Source: Macrostomum lignano (taxonomy: Eukaryota). Taken from it: 64,000 bases of DNA. The stretch is taken from contig NIVC01000020.1 in NCBI GenBank assembly GCA_002269645.1, forward strand, positions 1-64,000, in the 5' to 3' direction. Below the pieces are notes generated by a model. The model saw only the letters and a program-made list of their open reading frames with translations. It searched no databases and had not been told where the DNA came from. Shown here in pieces: positions 1 to 10,663 of this stretch. A program made the position numbers and the translations under genes. Each line of letters opens with the position of its first letter. Position 1 is the first letter of the stretch.

Positions 1-134
1 TTGATCCAATTTATCCTGCTACTTTGCCGTTTGTAACTTTTTTACCTTTTTGCTATAAATTGTAAGATCTTTAGTAATGCATTCAATACTGCCTTTGATT
101 TCACCCTTTCTCTGATTGAAATAGTCCCGCTCCC

Positions 135-1597
135 TCAAATCTGCTTCATGCAGCTCAACCAAGGATAGATGTGTTCATTTTTTTCATTCATTTTTATGTG
201 GCGATTATGTCTAAAATCGGATAAAGTTGAAAGCCTGAAACAATAAGAACGTTGATCCTTCAGTGGCTGAATTAATATGCACTCTATAACCGAGAATTTT
301 TCGGTGGAAGCTACTTCAAAATATTTCATGACTCCAGGAACTAAACCAGCGTTTTCGGTAGAAAAAATATTCCTAAAGTCTCTCTTGTTATTGCTCCCTT
401 TCAGAATAAAACTTTTTGGTTGATTTTTTATAATTTCACTACCTACTGCTTTGGTTCCTTTCAATCCGAATTTCCAAATTTGAATAGACTCGGGAAGTTG
501 TACTTCAATGTAAGAATTGGGTTCATTCCTCGATGCCCATTCTGAATTAGATACTATATAACCCCAATTATCTGACGTTTCAAATGCTCCTGATGACGCT
601 ACATTGAAACCCCTTTCTCTATAGTTTTGACGTGTTGCTAGTGAGGGAATATATCCTGTATAAGATTTGAAACCTAGTCCCCGCCTTAGTCGCAGCTCCA
701 CTGATTCAAGTGCATTGTCTACGTATAGCTTTGGTACAGCTTGAAGTCTATCTATAGGCCACACTAAATCATTAACCACTGTTTGTCTCTCAAGTAATTC
801 AACTTTTGTAAGCTTTACGGAACCAGAAAAATTAAGAGAATAATGGAAATAATATGAGGGATTGGGTATTTTTTTCCTAAGATGTGCATTGCCCCTTCGT
901 AGTTCAATGGGTGCACTTTGTTCAACAGGTGTCCAGTTTGTTCCATTTAGGCTCACACTAACAGACCAACCAGGCCACACCTCTCCTTCCAACTTTATCT
1001 CTACAACTTTCCTAGCTCTTTTCAAAATTGAAATCGTATCCACTTGTCTGAGTCATCTACACTGCTCCATTCTGAAGCTGGGTTTGAATCTGCAACATGA
1101 TATGCTGCTGAAGAGTTATGAGAAGCGGTCACTTTCATGTCAGAATGGGAAGCGTTTGAAGTCAGTAATGAAAGAATATTGACTAATTTCGAACTCTCTG
1201 TACCTCCCGCAGTACCTTGCCTTCTGCTAACAAAGTGTCAATCTCAGTTTTAGAATACATCTTAGTGTCAATTCGTTTTAGAATACATCTTAGTGTCAAT
1301 CTCAGTTTTAGAATACATCTTAGTGTCAGTTTCGGTTTTTGTGTAGACATTGTTTACGCGCCCATGAGCATCGTCAATTAATTGTAGCATGGTGATATTC
1401 ATTGCGTCACTATCTTCCTTTGAATAAGAGTCTGAAACATTTCTCTTTGCTAACAATAAATTATCTATTTCCTCTCTCTTATATCCTTCATTTTCATTGA
1501 TGTATCGATCATCAGCTAACGCTATTGTTATTCCAGGTGCTATATCATTTGAATTTGACGAGTAACCAAATTGATTGGCAGTATTCTTGTAACTCAT
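135..1597 (-). pseudogene. Fibre/receptor-binding-like protein with YSKTEID repeats and two discoidin (F5/8 type C)-like domains; frameshifted
   Basis: ORF 1268-1597 has YKREEID/YTKTETD/YSKTEID repeats. The gap region reads ..SNPASEWSSVDDSDKWIRFQF in another frame. ORF 135-1043 has EWAS..NSYIEVQLPESIQIWKFGLKG..PKSFILKGSNN, a discoidin-like pattern. Confidence 0.6.
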
Positions 1598-2024
1598 TTT
1601 AATTGCTGCAAAATTTCATTATAGCTATCTCCTTTATCGATTCGGTGTAAAAAGTACAGCGACATTTGACCACAATATTTCTTATCAAAAGTTTGAATTT
1701 GTTCTTCCATGTCTCCACATATTCTATTCTTTGTGTGATTAAACTTTTCCATAATTTCCAGTGTGGGCGGTAGTGCATAGGAATAAAAAAATAAACCTTA
1801 TCAGGAGCTGAAAATATAGCTGAATGATGTATACCCCGTTCTTTCGAAGTGTGAATATTTGTCATAAAGTAACCATACTGTGGTAAATCAACAATTTCAT
1901 CTCTCATGGCATAGCGAAATGGTTTTAACTTGAGATATTTTGCCCAATTTATCAGATCAATATTAGTCGTAGTGTCAGTCCCAAACTTTTGTTTAAATGC
2001 ATTCCATGTCTCAGCTTCGCTCAT
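1594..2024 (-). pseudogene. Adenain-like cysteine protease (Polinton PRO), one frameshift
   Basis: Reads FMTNIHTSKERGIHHSAIF..VYFF. After restoring one base near 1790 it continues (D)SYALPPTLE..QIQTFDKKYCGQMSLYFL, giving the His, Asp and Gln/Cys motifs. Confidence 0.85.
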
Positions 2025-2033
2025 TTTTAACAC

Positions 2034-2822
2034 TCATATTTGTCGTACGTGTAGATTTATAAATATTTCCTCGCCATCAAAGTCGTATAGAACACCAGAC
2101 TCATCTTCGATGACAAAGTCGAATGTGCTCAACATGTTTGTAGTTAGTGGTAGGTACACAGGATTTGCGGCTCTTGAATAATTTTACTTCCCATTGGGAC
2201 AGAGAACGATGGAATTGAAAGAAGTATTTGCTTATCAATTAAATGATTTCCATTAGCTGGATCAGTGATAAACCCCCTTTGATATTTAGACAACGAACCA
2301 TGATCGCACTTCTAGCTCCGTCTATCCGAGCTGGATTTGGAGCTCTCTCAAATGGTTTCAAATACACTTCCGAATTGAATCCCAACAGTCTTCTAAAGTT
2401 ATTGGAATGTGCATCCCTGAAATCAACTTGATACTCTGTGGCTAACCGTAACTCAACCCTACGCGTGTCTAGGCTTGCACTGAAAACAATAGCCCCTCTT
2501 TCCAATCATTTGCAGCTGTTAGCAATCTTTGAATCTCGCTTGACAGACTTTTAACTTCCCAAGATCCCGCTTGAATCTTTATTTTTTTCCATGTTCTACC
2601 ACTATCCCTCGAGTATCGCAACTCATTATTGCCTCCTTCAATATTGTTAATAGCATCAAAGACTGCAAACTTTTTTATACCAGCTTCGTATTCTCGATCT
2701 TCATACAAATTTATCGGAGTGCCTAGAGTTTGTCGAAATGGGTTTTTAATTGAAAAGAAGTCAAATGTGCGTTGAAACTTTTTACTCAAGAGGATGTTGA
2801 CTTTTTCTATTTCTTTTTCCAT
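2034..2822 (-). pseudogene. Minor capsid protein (penton, single jelly-roll), multiple frameshifts
   Basis: Segments PINLYEDREYEAG..NNIEGGNNELRY..KIQAGSWEV; RLLGFNSE..IMVRCLNIKGG; and, in shifted frames, VPMGSKIIQEP / PVYLPL..EDESGVLYDFDGEEIFINLHVRQ. These match the Polinton mCP pattern. Confidence 0.85.
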
Positions 2823-2861
2823 TTTTAAGCAAGTAATTCTGCTAGCTCTTTATCAACATTA

Positions 2862-3553
2862 TTATGTCCCTCTGCTTGCGGCTAGTAATGTCAACACTCT
2901 TTCACTGAGTCCAGATCCCGGTTTTACTCGATATCCTGGTGGATTATCTTTCAATATCCTTACTGCTTGCTTATAATTCCCACTTGATTTGGCCGCTGGA
3001 TTTTTACAATGTTCAATGAGGTTAACATAATCCTGCAATGTTTGCATCTTGAATTGCTTCAGCTCTTCACCATTTTCAGTTACTTTAGGCATTTTGAACA
3101 ACTCTTCAAGATCTTCAGAAAATGGCATTCGAAATTCGTTGACAATGATGTCTCGACCTTGTTCATGGAATTCAACATCTATTACAGATGATCCAAATAT
3201 ATATCCAGCATCAGTTTTTTGAATCGTATACTAGGCGCTGGTCTTTGAGTTATTGGAATCTTTCCAATTTCTTCAATTATTTTGTCAAATACTTCCAGAG
3301 GTTCAAATCGTCCTTTTGGTGTACTTGATTGCGGAACTGGAACTTTTTGATTCTGAAGTTTATCAACAAGGTTGGCATTGACATCAATAAATTCATCGAG
3401 CTTTTCTGTGACAGGTTTTTGAGCTAATGGAGCCACTCTTGCATATAAACTCTCTTCTCCAATTTTCAAATAGCGTTGAGCATCATTTCTGGATTTGTAC
3501 ATTTCTCGCTGCTTTGCTAAATTAATGAGTTCTCTTATATATTCATTAGTCAT
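2862..3553 (-). pseudogene. Conserved Polinton hypothetical protein between ATPase and penton (split into two ORFs)
   Basis: N-half YLKIGEESLYARVAPLAQKPVTEKL. C-half ELFKMP..QDYVNLI..PGSGL. Position and motifs resemble the conserved Maverick ORF from recollection. Confidence 0.5.
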
Positions 3554-3555
3554 TT

Positions 3556-4328
3556 TTACAATGGGATTTTAGTTAGAACATCCTTATACAAATCTTGCTC
3601 ATCCTCATCAGCTCTTGTATTTATATAGATATAGCCATACTTCTTTTTCCAAGCCTCTCTACATTTAGCCTTGAATATAGCGGGTTCATAATTCGTTTCT
3701 ATATTTCTAGCAATGTGATTTAAGTTTGTATCTTTTTGTTTAAAGATTATGTAACATGTCGTATTCTCCCTGACAGTATTGCGATCTAGTTTGGTAAAAT
3801 TTTGAGCTAGATAAAAACCACAACAGTTTCCATGCCTGCCTCTCTGAAACAGACTTTCCTGAAATGTTTGATTAGCCTCTCCCAAAACATCGTCCAATAT
3901 CACACATGTCTTTAGTCCATTATGAAAAATTTCTTCATTTGGAGTATGGGAAAGAGTGACAGAATTTTCTCTATTACTTCTGAATTTTCTGATGTGCTTT
4001 GCACTCGACCAGGGTTGGCTGCCTCTCGACAAATATGTCTAATATCTTCAGGAGATGCATCCTCACTCACCTGGTAGACATGATAGAGTGAGTTGATAAG
4101 AGAAGGTGGGAGACCATTTTCAAAGCCATATTTTAGAAACTGATACTCTGGATCCATTTGAGATGCTCTGGGAACATATAAAACTAACTCATTAAAGTCA
4201 ACTAGTTTTTCAGGACTTGTAAGAATATGGAATAGTAAATATGTTTTACCCGTATTTGTAGCGCCGATAATACAACATAAAAGAGGATTAGGGAAAATAG
4301 GATCATGCTGAAATTTTACTTTGGGCAT
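3556..4328 (-). pseudogene. A32-like (FtsK-HerA) DNA packaging ATPase, one frameshift near 3960-4000
   Basis: Walker A GATNTGKT in ORF 3912-4328. Walker B VILDD, RGRH and YLAQ motifs in ORF 3556-4032. Confidence 0.92.
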
Positions 4329-4349
4329 TTAAAAAAAGAAAAAATGACC

Positions 4350-5712
4350 TTATTCGACGCGGGTCATTTGATATTCACTGGTAACTTTTATTACATTCTT
4401 TGTTTGTTCAAGAATTAGTGCAAAAGCAGTCAGCTCAACATTAGTTGACTTCTTGATAAATAATTGAATATTCACTCCACTCTTGACAGAAACTCATCTG
4501 AGCTGTTAGATCAAAGCAAAAGATTGGATAGATGGTTAGAAAGTCTTGTTTATTAAATGGTGGAGTTACACCGAAACGGCTGCAGATGTCCTCGTACATT
4601 TCATATGCTCTGTGAATGTCTTGAGCTACTGGATCAATTTCAACATAATCATTCGGATACATCACCTGATTTAATCTGACTTGAAGCTGGGTTATTTTCA
4701 CTGCATTTGCTCCAGTTTTGTAAGACACATACTTGTGATCATTAACTATATATGATGGGTTGTTTACGTCATATTTGAAAGCTACAAAGATTGCAAGTGG
4801 CATATTGGAGATGTTGGCTATGTTCCATGTATATGGACTTCCTTGAATGAGTTGTGGCGGAACCGTTACCCTCTCTGGAAATGATACTGTAATGTCCTTG
4901 TTGAGTGATTTTAGAAAAGCTGCTTCAGCACTGGGTGACAAACTAATAGCAGGGATCCAAATCTCAAAGCTATTAATAGTTAACTTAGCTTCCGTCCCGG
5001 CAGTTCCAAAGAAAATTTCAGCATCGTTAGTCTTTCTTGTCCATGTGAATTTATATTTAATTCCTTTGCTAATCTTCTGCCAATCAAGGAACCCAATGAG
5101 GGGTGTTAATGATAGTTTGATTGTTCCACCTCTGTTTGGAGCATTAGTGACATTGTTATAATTTTCAAGCCTCCTAATGTATCCAGTATTCGAATCCTTC
5201 TTATTGAGTCTATTTTTCATAGCGATTGCTGCAGTTCTCACAGCTTCAGCATCTGCGTTGTTTGCTAGAGCTATATCAGAAACAGTCCCAGCATCTCCAG
5301 TGTCTGGAATCCATCCGTATGCTTCTCCAACTTCATTCATTAATTTTGAGTACATTACGGACTTTAAGATTGTGTCATACTCTCCAGGATCATTATAGAC
5401 TTTCTTTGTTCCTCCAATGTCAACTATGAGTTGAGAGAAAAGTCTCATAGGCCAATTATGTTCTAGAGTAATGTTCGTATTCAAGTCGGTGTTATCTCGT
5501 TGTGTTATTGAGTATTTTATACAACCGAATGCCTCTGACATGAGAATGTATGACTCTGTTGAATTGACTTCATGAACTATTTGACCTCCTGCAACATTGA
5601 GATTATTAGTGCTACCTGGAGTTGGAGAAATCTTAATATAGTCTTCTTTCTTTTTGAAAAAGCTAAAAGTTTTGTCCTCATATATGCTCAGTATATCCTT
5701 TTTGTTCTCCAT
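4350..5712 (-). pseudogene. Major capsid protein (double jelly-roll, hexon-like), frameshift near 4485
   Basis: 423-aa ORF with LFSQLIVDIGG..NDPG..YS..GW and YPIFCFDLTAQ. The shifted frame continues KSGVNIQLFIKK..TAFALILEQ..VE to a stop at 4350. Confidence 0.88.
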
Positions 5713-5732
5713 TTTTATAAGAGAAATTTCAA

Positions 5733-6185
5733 CTAAGCTTCATGAGGTCTAAGAATTATCCCATTACCCTGTTTCTCCTTTTCAACTTTAAACGTCTTTA
5801 GCAGCCACTTGACTGCTTCGCTGGGTACTTGTTCGACTCTTTTAGCCGCATCAACTAATACTCCACTCCCTTGAGCCTTTTTCAACTCTTCTAGTTTTTG
5901 CCGTTCAATGCTTTCTATTGTCTTATTATGTTTAGCATTGTTGGCTGTATTAACACTTTTTGCAATCATTGTACCAACTCCTGAGGCTGCTCCGATACCA
6001 CCCAAAATTGCTGGTAGTAAGCCTAATAGAGGAATTATTCCACCTTCATGTTCTTTCTGTTTCTCTTGCAATTCTCGAATCTTCTCTTTAGAAAGATATT
6101 GCTTTTGCTTATTTACAGTAACATATCTTGGTTTTCCCTCTCGAACATATCGATTGAGTCTTGCTTCAGTGTTTTTCTCGCTCAT
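5733..6185 (-). CDS. Adenovirus protein-X-like core protein
   Basis: Basic N-terminus, then EGGIIPLLGLLPAILGGIGAASGVGTMIAKSV, similar to the adenoviral pX GGFLPAL..AAAIGA motif. Contains GSG/GNG motifs. Confidence 0.6.
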   Translation of the reverse strand: MSEKNTEARLNRYVREGKPRYVTVNKQKQYLSKEKIRELQEKQKEHEGGIIPLLGLLPAILGGIGAASGVGTMIAKSVNTANNAKHNKTIESIERQKLEELKKAQGSGVLVDAAKRVEQVPSEAVKWLLKTFKVEKEKQGNGIILRPHEA

Positions 6186-6193
6186 TTTTAAGG

Positions 6194-6616
6194 TCAGAAT
6201 TTCTTCAAACCATTGCCTTGTCTCAAAGACACTTGAGACTGTTCTGCTGTTCCTAGAGCCTTTTTAACAATATCTTGAATAGCCTTATTTGATTGAGAAG
6301 CTATCTGTTGCTCTTCTTCCATTCTTTTCTTTGCTTCTTTATCTCTACGTTTCTTTTTAATATATTCCAGTTCCTCACCTGCTTTAGACATGTCACTGTA
6401 TGATTTCTTCGCATCGAATATGTTCTTCGCTGTGGTAGCTGTTTTACCTATTGCATCAGCTCCACTCACAATTTTACTTCCATGATTTGATAAAAAGTTT
6501 GTGACACCACTGATCATATCACCAATTCCTTCACCCTCTTTATCAGCTAGTAGTTGTGAATCAGACGTTTCAATCTGACCTTTCGCCCGTTTGCAGTTTG
6601 TTCGATAGGCGCTCAT
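6194..6616 (-). CDS. Basic virion core/membrane-lytic-like protein
   Basis: Likely start ATG at 6616 (TAAAAATG context). GEGIGDMISGVTNFLSNHG amphipathic segment, lysine/arginine-rich tail and terminal GNG. Confidence 0.45.
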   Translation of the reverse strand: MSAYRTNCKRAKGQIETSDSQLLADKEGEGIGDMISGVTNFLSNHGSKIVSGADAIGKTATTAKNIFDAKKSYSDMSKAGEELEYIKKKRRDKEAKKRMEEEQQIASQSNKAIQDIVKKALGTAEQSQVSLRQGNGLKKF

Positions 6617-7928
6617 TTTTAGTTGAAAAATTTGCTGGTAGAAGCTGGGATTTGTAAAATGATCCAATGATTTCTTCTCCATTCTCATCCTCAATAATGT
6701 AGGTTATGGGATTGGAGTAAACTATTTTCTTTATCCTAAACACTTCTGAAATTTTCCAATATCCTCTTCGACCCTTTTCAAAGTGCTCCTTATATCTATA
6801 GATATGAACTTTGTCACCTACTTTGAAGTTTGGTTTCTCATTTGAATACTCGAAAGTTGGCTTTGGTACTCGCTCAGGATGTTTAGATGCTTCTGAAGGA
6901 GTTATCAGAATCTCAGAATGGATTGTGTTGTTGTATTTTTCAACAATAGCTGGCAATGTGTGGAGCCACTTCTGATTACCCTGTAGATCGAATTCAAACC
7001 AGAGTTTATTTGTGAGAGTACGATTGAACCTCTCAATCATTGCATTCTTAGACTCACCATAAATTGAGAACATCTTGTTAATATACTCCCCATTTTCATC
7101 TTTCTTTCTTATGTCGTCTTTTGAAAACGAGTATAGCTTGTACATATGCTGATTATAAAACTCCTTGCCTTCATCTACACAAAGTCTCTCTGATCGTCTT
7201 CCTGATTCCTTAAATACTTTTTGGAAAGCTTCTGCAACTTCCGCTCCCGTCTTTGTTTTTAAAGGAACTGCCCAGGCGTAACGTGTAAAACCATCTATGA
7301 TAGTGAGAGCATATTTGTAACCTCTTTCGGGTGGTAGGATAATGATATCTGCATGCCAAATTGTGTCTTTTGCATAGTGAATCATTTTTCTAAACAGTCT
7401 TGGTTTTCTATATTCCCTATGCAATTTTACTGCATCTTCATAGCTAAGACCCTTACCATAAATTGTTAGACAGTCTATACAATTGTTGGGGTTGTGAGTA
7501 TGAATTCCTAATCCAAACCGAACTTTAGCATTGATAATACGCTTTATTAGATTTCTAATGAGTCTCTCCTTTACCGACAAGTCGCTGGTTGGAATAGCAT
7601 CTAAATCAGCTATCATTTTTTCATCAGCAATATGCTTCTTTGCTAGGGCTTCCTCTGGAGTTGAAGACGTCTTTACAGCATCTCTATAGCTTTTGTCATG
7701 ATAGTAAGCAGTCCAATCAATTGGATTAATTGGTAGACTATCATACCGAGGCCAGTCTGTAGTTGGATTGAGTCTCTTGTCTAAATTTGTACCTGGGCCA
7801 GTGAAAGAATACCCTGGAATATGAAATTCGCCAGGATATTTTCCAGTGGCGAAGATGGGTGGTAGTTTTGTTATAGCTGACTGAATATCCAATGCAGAAC
7901 CTAGAAATAATGGTTTACTGAAGGCCAT
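6570..7928 (-). CDS. Parvovirus-type phospholipase A2 domain fused to retroviral-like (rve) integrase
   Basis: N-term GYSFTGPGT..PINPIDWTAYYHDKSY (PLA2 Ca-loop and HD motif). C-term WHADII..IIDGFTRYAWAVPLKTK..CVDEGKEF..IERFNRT (DDE core) plus a KVGDKVHI tail. One uninterrupted 452-aa ORF. Confidence 0.9.
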   Translation of the reverse strand: MAFSKPLFLGSALDIQSAITKLPPIFATGKYPGEFHIPGYSFTGPGTNLDKRLNPTTDWPRYDSLPINPIDWTAYYHDKSYRDAVKTSSTPEEALAKKHIADEKMIADLDAIPTSDLSVKERLIRNLIKRIINAKVRFGLGIHTHNPNNCIDCLTIYGKGLSYEDAVKLHREYRKPRLFRKMIHYAKDTIWHADIIILPPERGYKYALTIIDGFTRYAWAVPLKTKTGAEVAEAFQKVFKESGRRSERLCVDEGKEFYNQHMYKLYSFSKDDIRKKDENGEYINKMFSIYGESKNAMIERFNRTLTNKLWFEFDLQGNQKWLHTLPAIVEKYNNTIHSEILITPSEASKHPERVPKPTFEYSNEKPNFKVGDKVHIYRYKEHFEKGRRGYWKISEVFRIKKIVYSNPITYIIEDENGEEIIGSFYKSQLLPANFSTKNERLSNKLQTGERSD

Positions 7929-8159
7929 TTTTATAAAAATAAATTTAAGTAATCTACAGACTTAGGCTGCGTTAACTGCTGTAGCAATAGAGCCTGCTGC
8001 TGCACCTGCCTGTTCTATGAAAGGTAGATTTGTCTTTTACTAAGTTTGATATGGTGCTTATAGTATCAAAAAAGACCTTCTCCATTATACTCTAGTGGTT
8101 CGCCTATTGTATAGTCTCTTATCTTGCATGATTCTGTAACGTGGTGCGCTTCGTGTCTT

Positions 8160-8700
8160 TTTAGAAAGGGGGTGAACACAATAGACTAGCATGAGACGCT
8201 CCTATTGGTTGCCAAAACCAAAACTTTTTTGGCAGAAATTTTGGTCGCAAGATTTGGCAGAAATTTTGGCAGCCAATAGCAATGTTCAGTGCTGCGGTTA
8301 TGTATAGTTAGTTTGGTGAGTTCCTGCGAGAGCCTATTTGACCATACGCTTCACTCAGTGTGGGTTTCGCACGACGTTAAAGCTGAGTCACAATATAAAA
8401 ATTGCTTTGAGGAGAATTTCTCCTGCTATTTGTTCCATTTTTAAGATACATAATTTAGAAAAGGGTTAGTGAAATCGTCCGTAGGTAGGGTCGCGAGAGC
8501 ATTGTTCGTTTGTAACTTGCGTGGCCCACTTCATGTCTTTTTTTACAGCTAGATAGAGGGTGAACACAAAAGATTTGCACGAGCCACTCCTATTGGATGC
8601 CAAAACCAAACACTTTTTGGCAGAAATTTTGGCAAAAATTTTGGTTTTGGCAGAAATTTTGGCAGCCAATAGAAATGTTGAGTGCTGCGGTTAGTGCTCT
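8160..8700. repeat. Two ~140-bp diverged direct repeats, each an imperfect CCAAT-armed inverted repeat
   Basis: Units at ~8160-8300 and ~8548-8695. Arms cctattggttgccaaaa / ttttggcagccaatag enclose ttttggcagaaa repeats. Confidence 0.85.
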
Positions 8701-9778
8701 AGTAGTCGAGTATGCATGCCACGAAAAATTTAAATTAGCGCTCCATGTTCTTGAATGTCTTCTATTATCTTTAAGTACAAATCTAGAACAGCATTAAAGC
8801 CATTTCAAAGCCTCGGGACAAAGCGAATGTGCAGGAGCAAATTATTGACTTTTGTAGAAGCATTGTATGCCTCGAGTGGACAATTTTTATGCATAGATGG
8901 TAGCTGACTGATCGTTAAAAGCAAAGCTAGTAAGATTGGCTTATTGAAGGGCGTTATGCAATGGGAGAAAAGACTATTATTAAATTTGATGCTAGTTTTG
9001 AAATGATGAAACCTGAAAATAGGTTATTTTAACCCACGAATCAAAAATTTCTTGTGGTTTTACTCACGAAATCGCGCAAAAAGCAATTTTTCAAAACTTT
9101 TGAAAAATCACTAAAATCACTGTTTTCAGACAATTTTCACCTGTTTTTAGTCGATTTTTATCTGTTTTTTGTGATTTTTCAAAATGGGTTGCGCTCAAAC
9201 CTACTTTTCCTATACTACTGGGATTTCATGACAATTTTGTGCAATAAGGGTTCTTCCTGTCCCACTGAACTGAAGGGGAGTCTGAAGTGCTATTTTTCTT
9301 ACTTCAAATTCATGAATGTAAGTAAAAAACAAAGCGCATCAGAAATTACAGTAAAGGTAATGTAATTTAGAGGATTTGGGTTTTGAGATTTTAGGAGGTT
9401 TTGGCGTGCGTGCATTTTGATCTGCTGATGATGCATGACTTTTTTATTTTGCATACATACCTTCACTGTCTGTGATTCATCAGGCTCCATCTCTCAGTAT
9501 TCCACCAAATTTTACCGATTTTTGTAGACTGCTGCTGACACACGCTCGGTTGCGTCCTCTGGACGCGCGTCATCGGTACGGGCATTATCTCAAGATCCAA
9601 AAGCAGTCAACGATCAGATTGAGGTGCGAACACAGTAACTAAAATATTTTTCTTTGATTTGTTGCTTAAAATTCAAGTAGGATAACGTATTTACCCGACT
9701 CCCATTTGTGTATATGTTGTAGCGCAAGTGGTAGGCGGGGGATCTAAAGTTGTTTTCAGGATAGTTAGGATAGTACGC

Positions 9779-10140
9779 GCTGTACTCTGTACGCTGTACT
9801 CTGTACGCTGTACTCTGTACGCTGTACTCTGTACGCTGTACTCTGTACGCTGTACTCTGTACGCTGTACTCTGTACGCTGTACTCTGTACGCTGTACTCT
9901 GTACGCTGTACTCTGTACGCTGTACTCTGTACGCTGTACTCTGTACGCTGTACTCTGTACGCTGTACTCTGTACGCTGTACTCTGTACGCTGTACTCTGT
10001 ACGCTGTACTCTGTACGCTGTACTCTGTACGCTGTACTCTGTACGCTGTACTCTGTACGCTGTACTCTGTACGCTGTACTCTGTACGCTGTACTCTGTAC
10101 GCTGTACTCTGTACGCTGTACTCTGTACGCTGTACTCTGT
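9779..10140. repeat. 14-bp minisatellite (GCTGTACTCTGTAC), ~26 copies
   Basis: Directly visible perfect array. Confidence 0.97.
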
Positions 10141-10346
10141 AAATGCATGTCAATTTTAGCGATCCCCACAAAATTCTGATTGAAATAGATAGATAAGCCT
10201 CAAGTACAGAGAGAGACATAGAGACTGTAAATTCCTGAAGCAGAGAGTGCCGCCCTCAGACTTTTTCATTCTGGGCTTGGGGCCAGACAACGGCGTCTTT
10301 ACGGCCCATTGTTTTGTTGCCTAGATTGTCCCTATTGTTAATCTAT

Positions 10347-10478
10347 CAAAGATAATGAAAGATTGATTGATTTAAATAAATCTCAATCTCAACCAAAGAC
10401 TGGTGATTAATTGAGTGATACTCAGTCAATCAGTCAATCAGTCAATCAGTCAATCAGTCAATCAGTCAATCAGTCAAT
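10347..10478 (+). repeat. Left copy of inverted repeat IR1 (~75-bp unique part plus CAGTCAAT tandem)
   Basis: Its reverse complement aligns with ~17170-17255, with tandem 8-mers on the inner side in both copies. Confidence 0.8.
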
Positions 10479-10663
10479 CTAGGTAATGCACAAATTAAGA
10501 CAATCGACTGCGATTTACAGGATAGCATAGAAATTTCAATAAGTGATTGCTTAATTTATTTCAGTCAGAGAGGTAGGGCAAGGCAAGGTAAGGTAATGAA
10601 CTTTTTAAATATTAAAAAGCAGGGAACGGCGTTTGAAAATATTTAAACGCCGGAACTATTCAC

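Larger units (their letters stand above)
1..8040 (-). mobile_element. Endogenous Polinton/Maverick (adintovirus-like) element, partial and frameshifted; runs off the left edge
   Basis: Contiguous co-oriented integrase, major capsid, A32-like ATPase, minor capsid, cysteine protease and X-like genes. AT-rich and intronless, unlike the host genes. No TIR, TSD or pPolB identified in the window. Confidence 0.93.

Noticed and set aside
1-200. Start of a further Polinton ORF (RERDYFNQRKGEIK..) possibly the conserved transmembrane/coiled-coil Maverick gene
   Set aside because: Too short, broken and cut by the window edge to call.
8701-8706. AGTAGT as a Polinton terminus
   Set aside because: Wrong orientation for the right end of the element, a single short match, and no TSD or partner TIR.
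9614-10219. Repetitive ORFs (STAYRVQRTEYSVQ etc.)
   Set aside because: Stop-free frames of a 14-bp minisatellite. The same holds for ORFs over 47316-48256 (partly), 55396-56053, 56629-57567 and 58814-59339.
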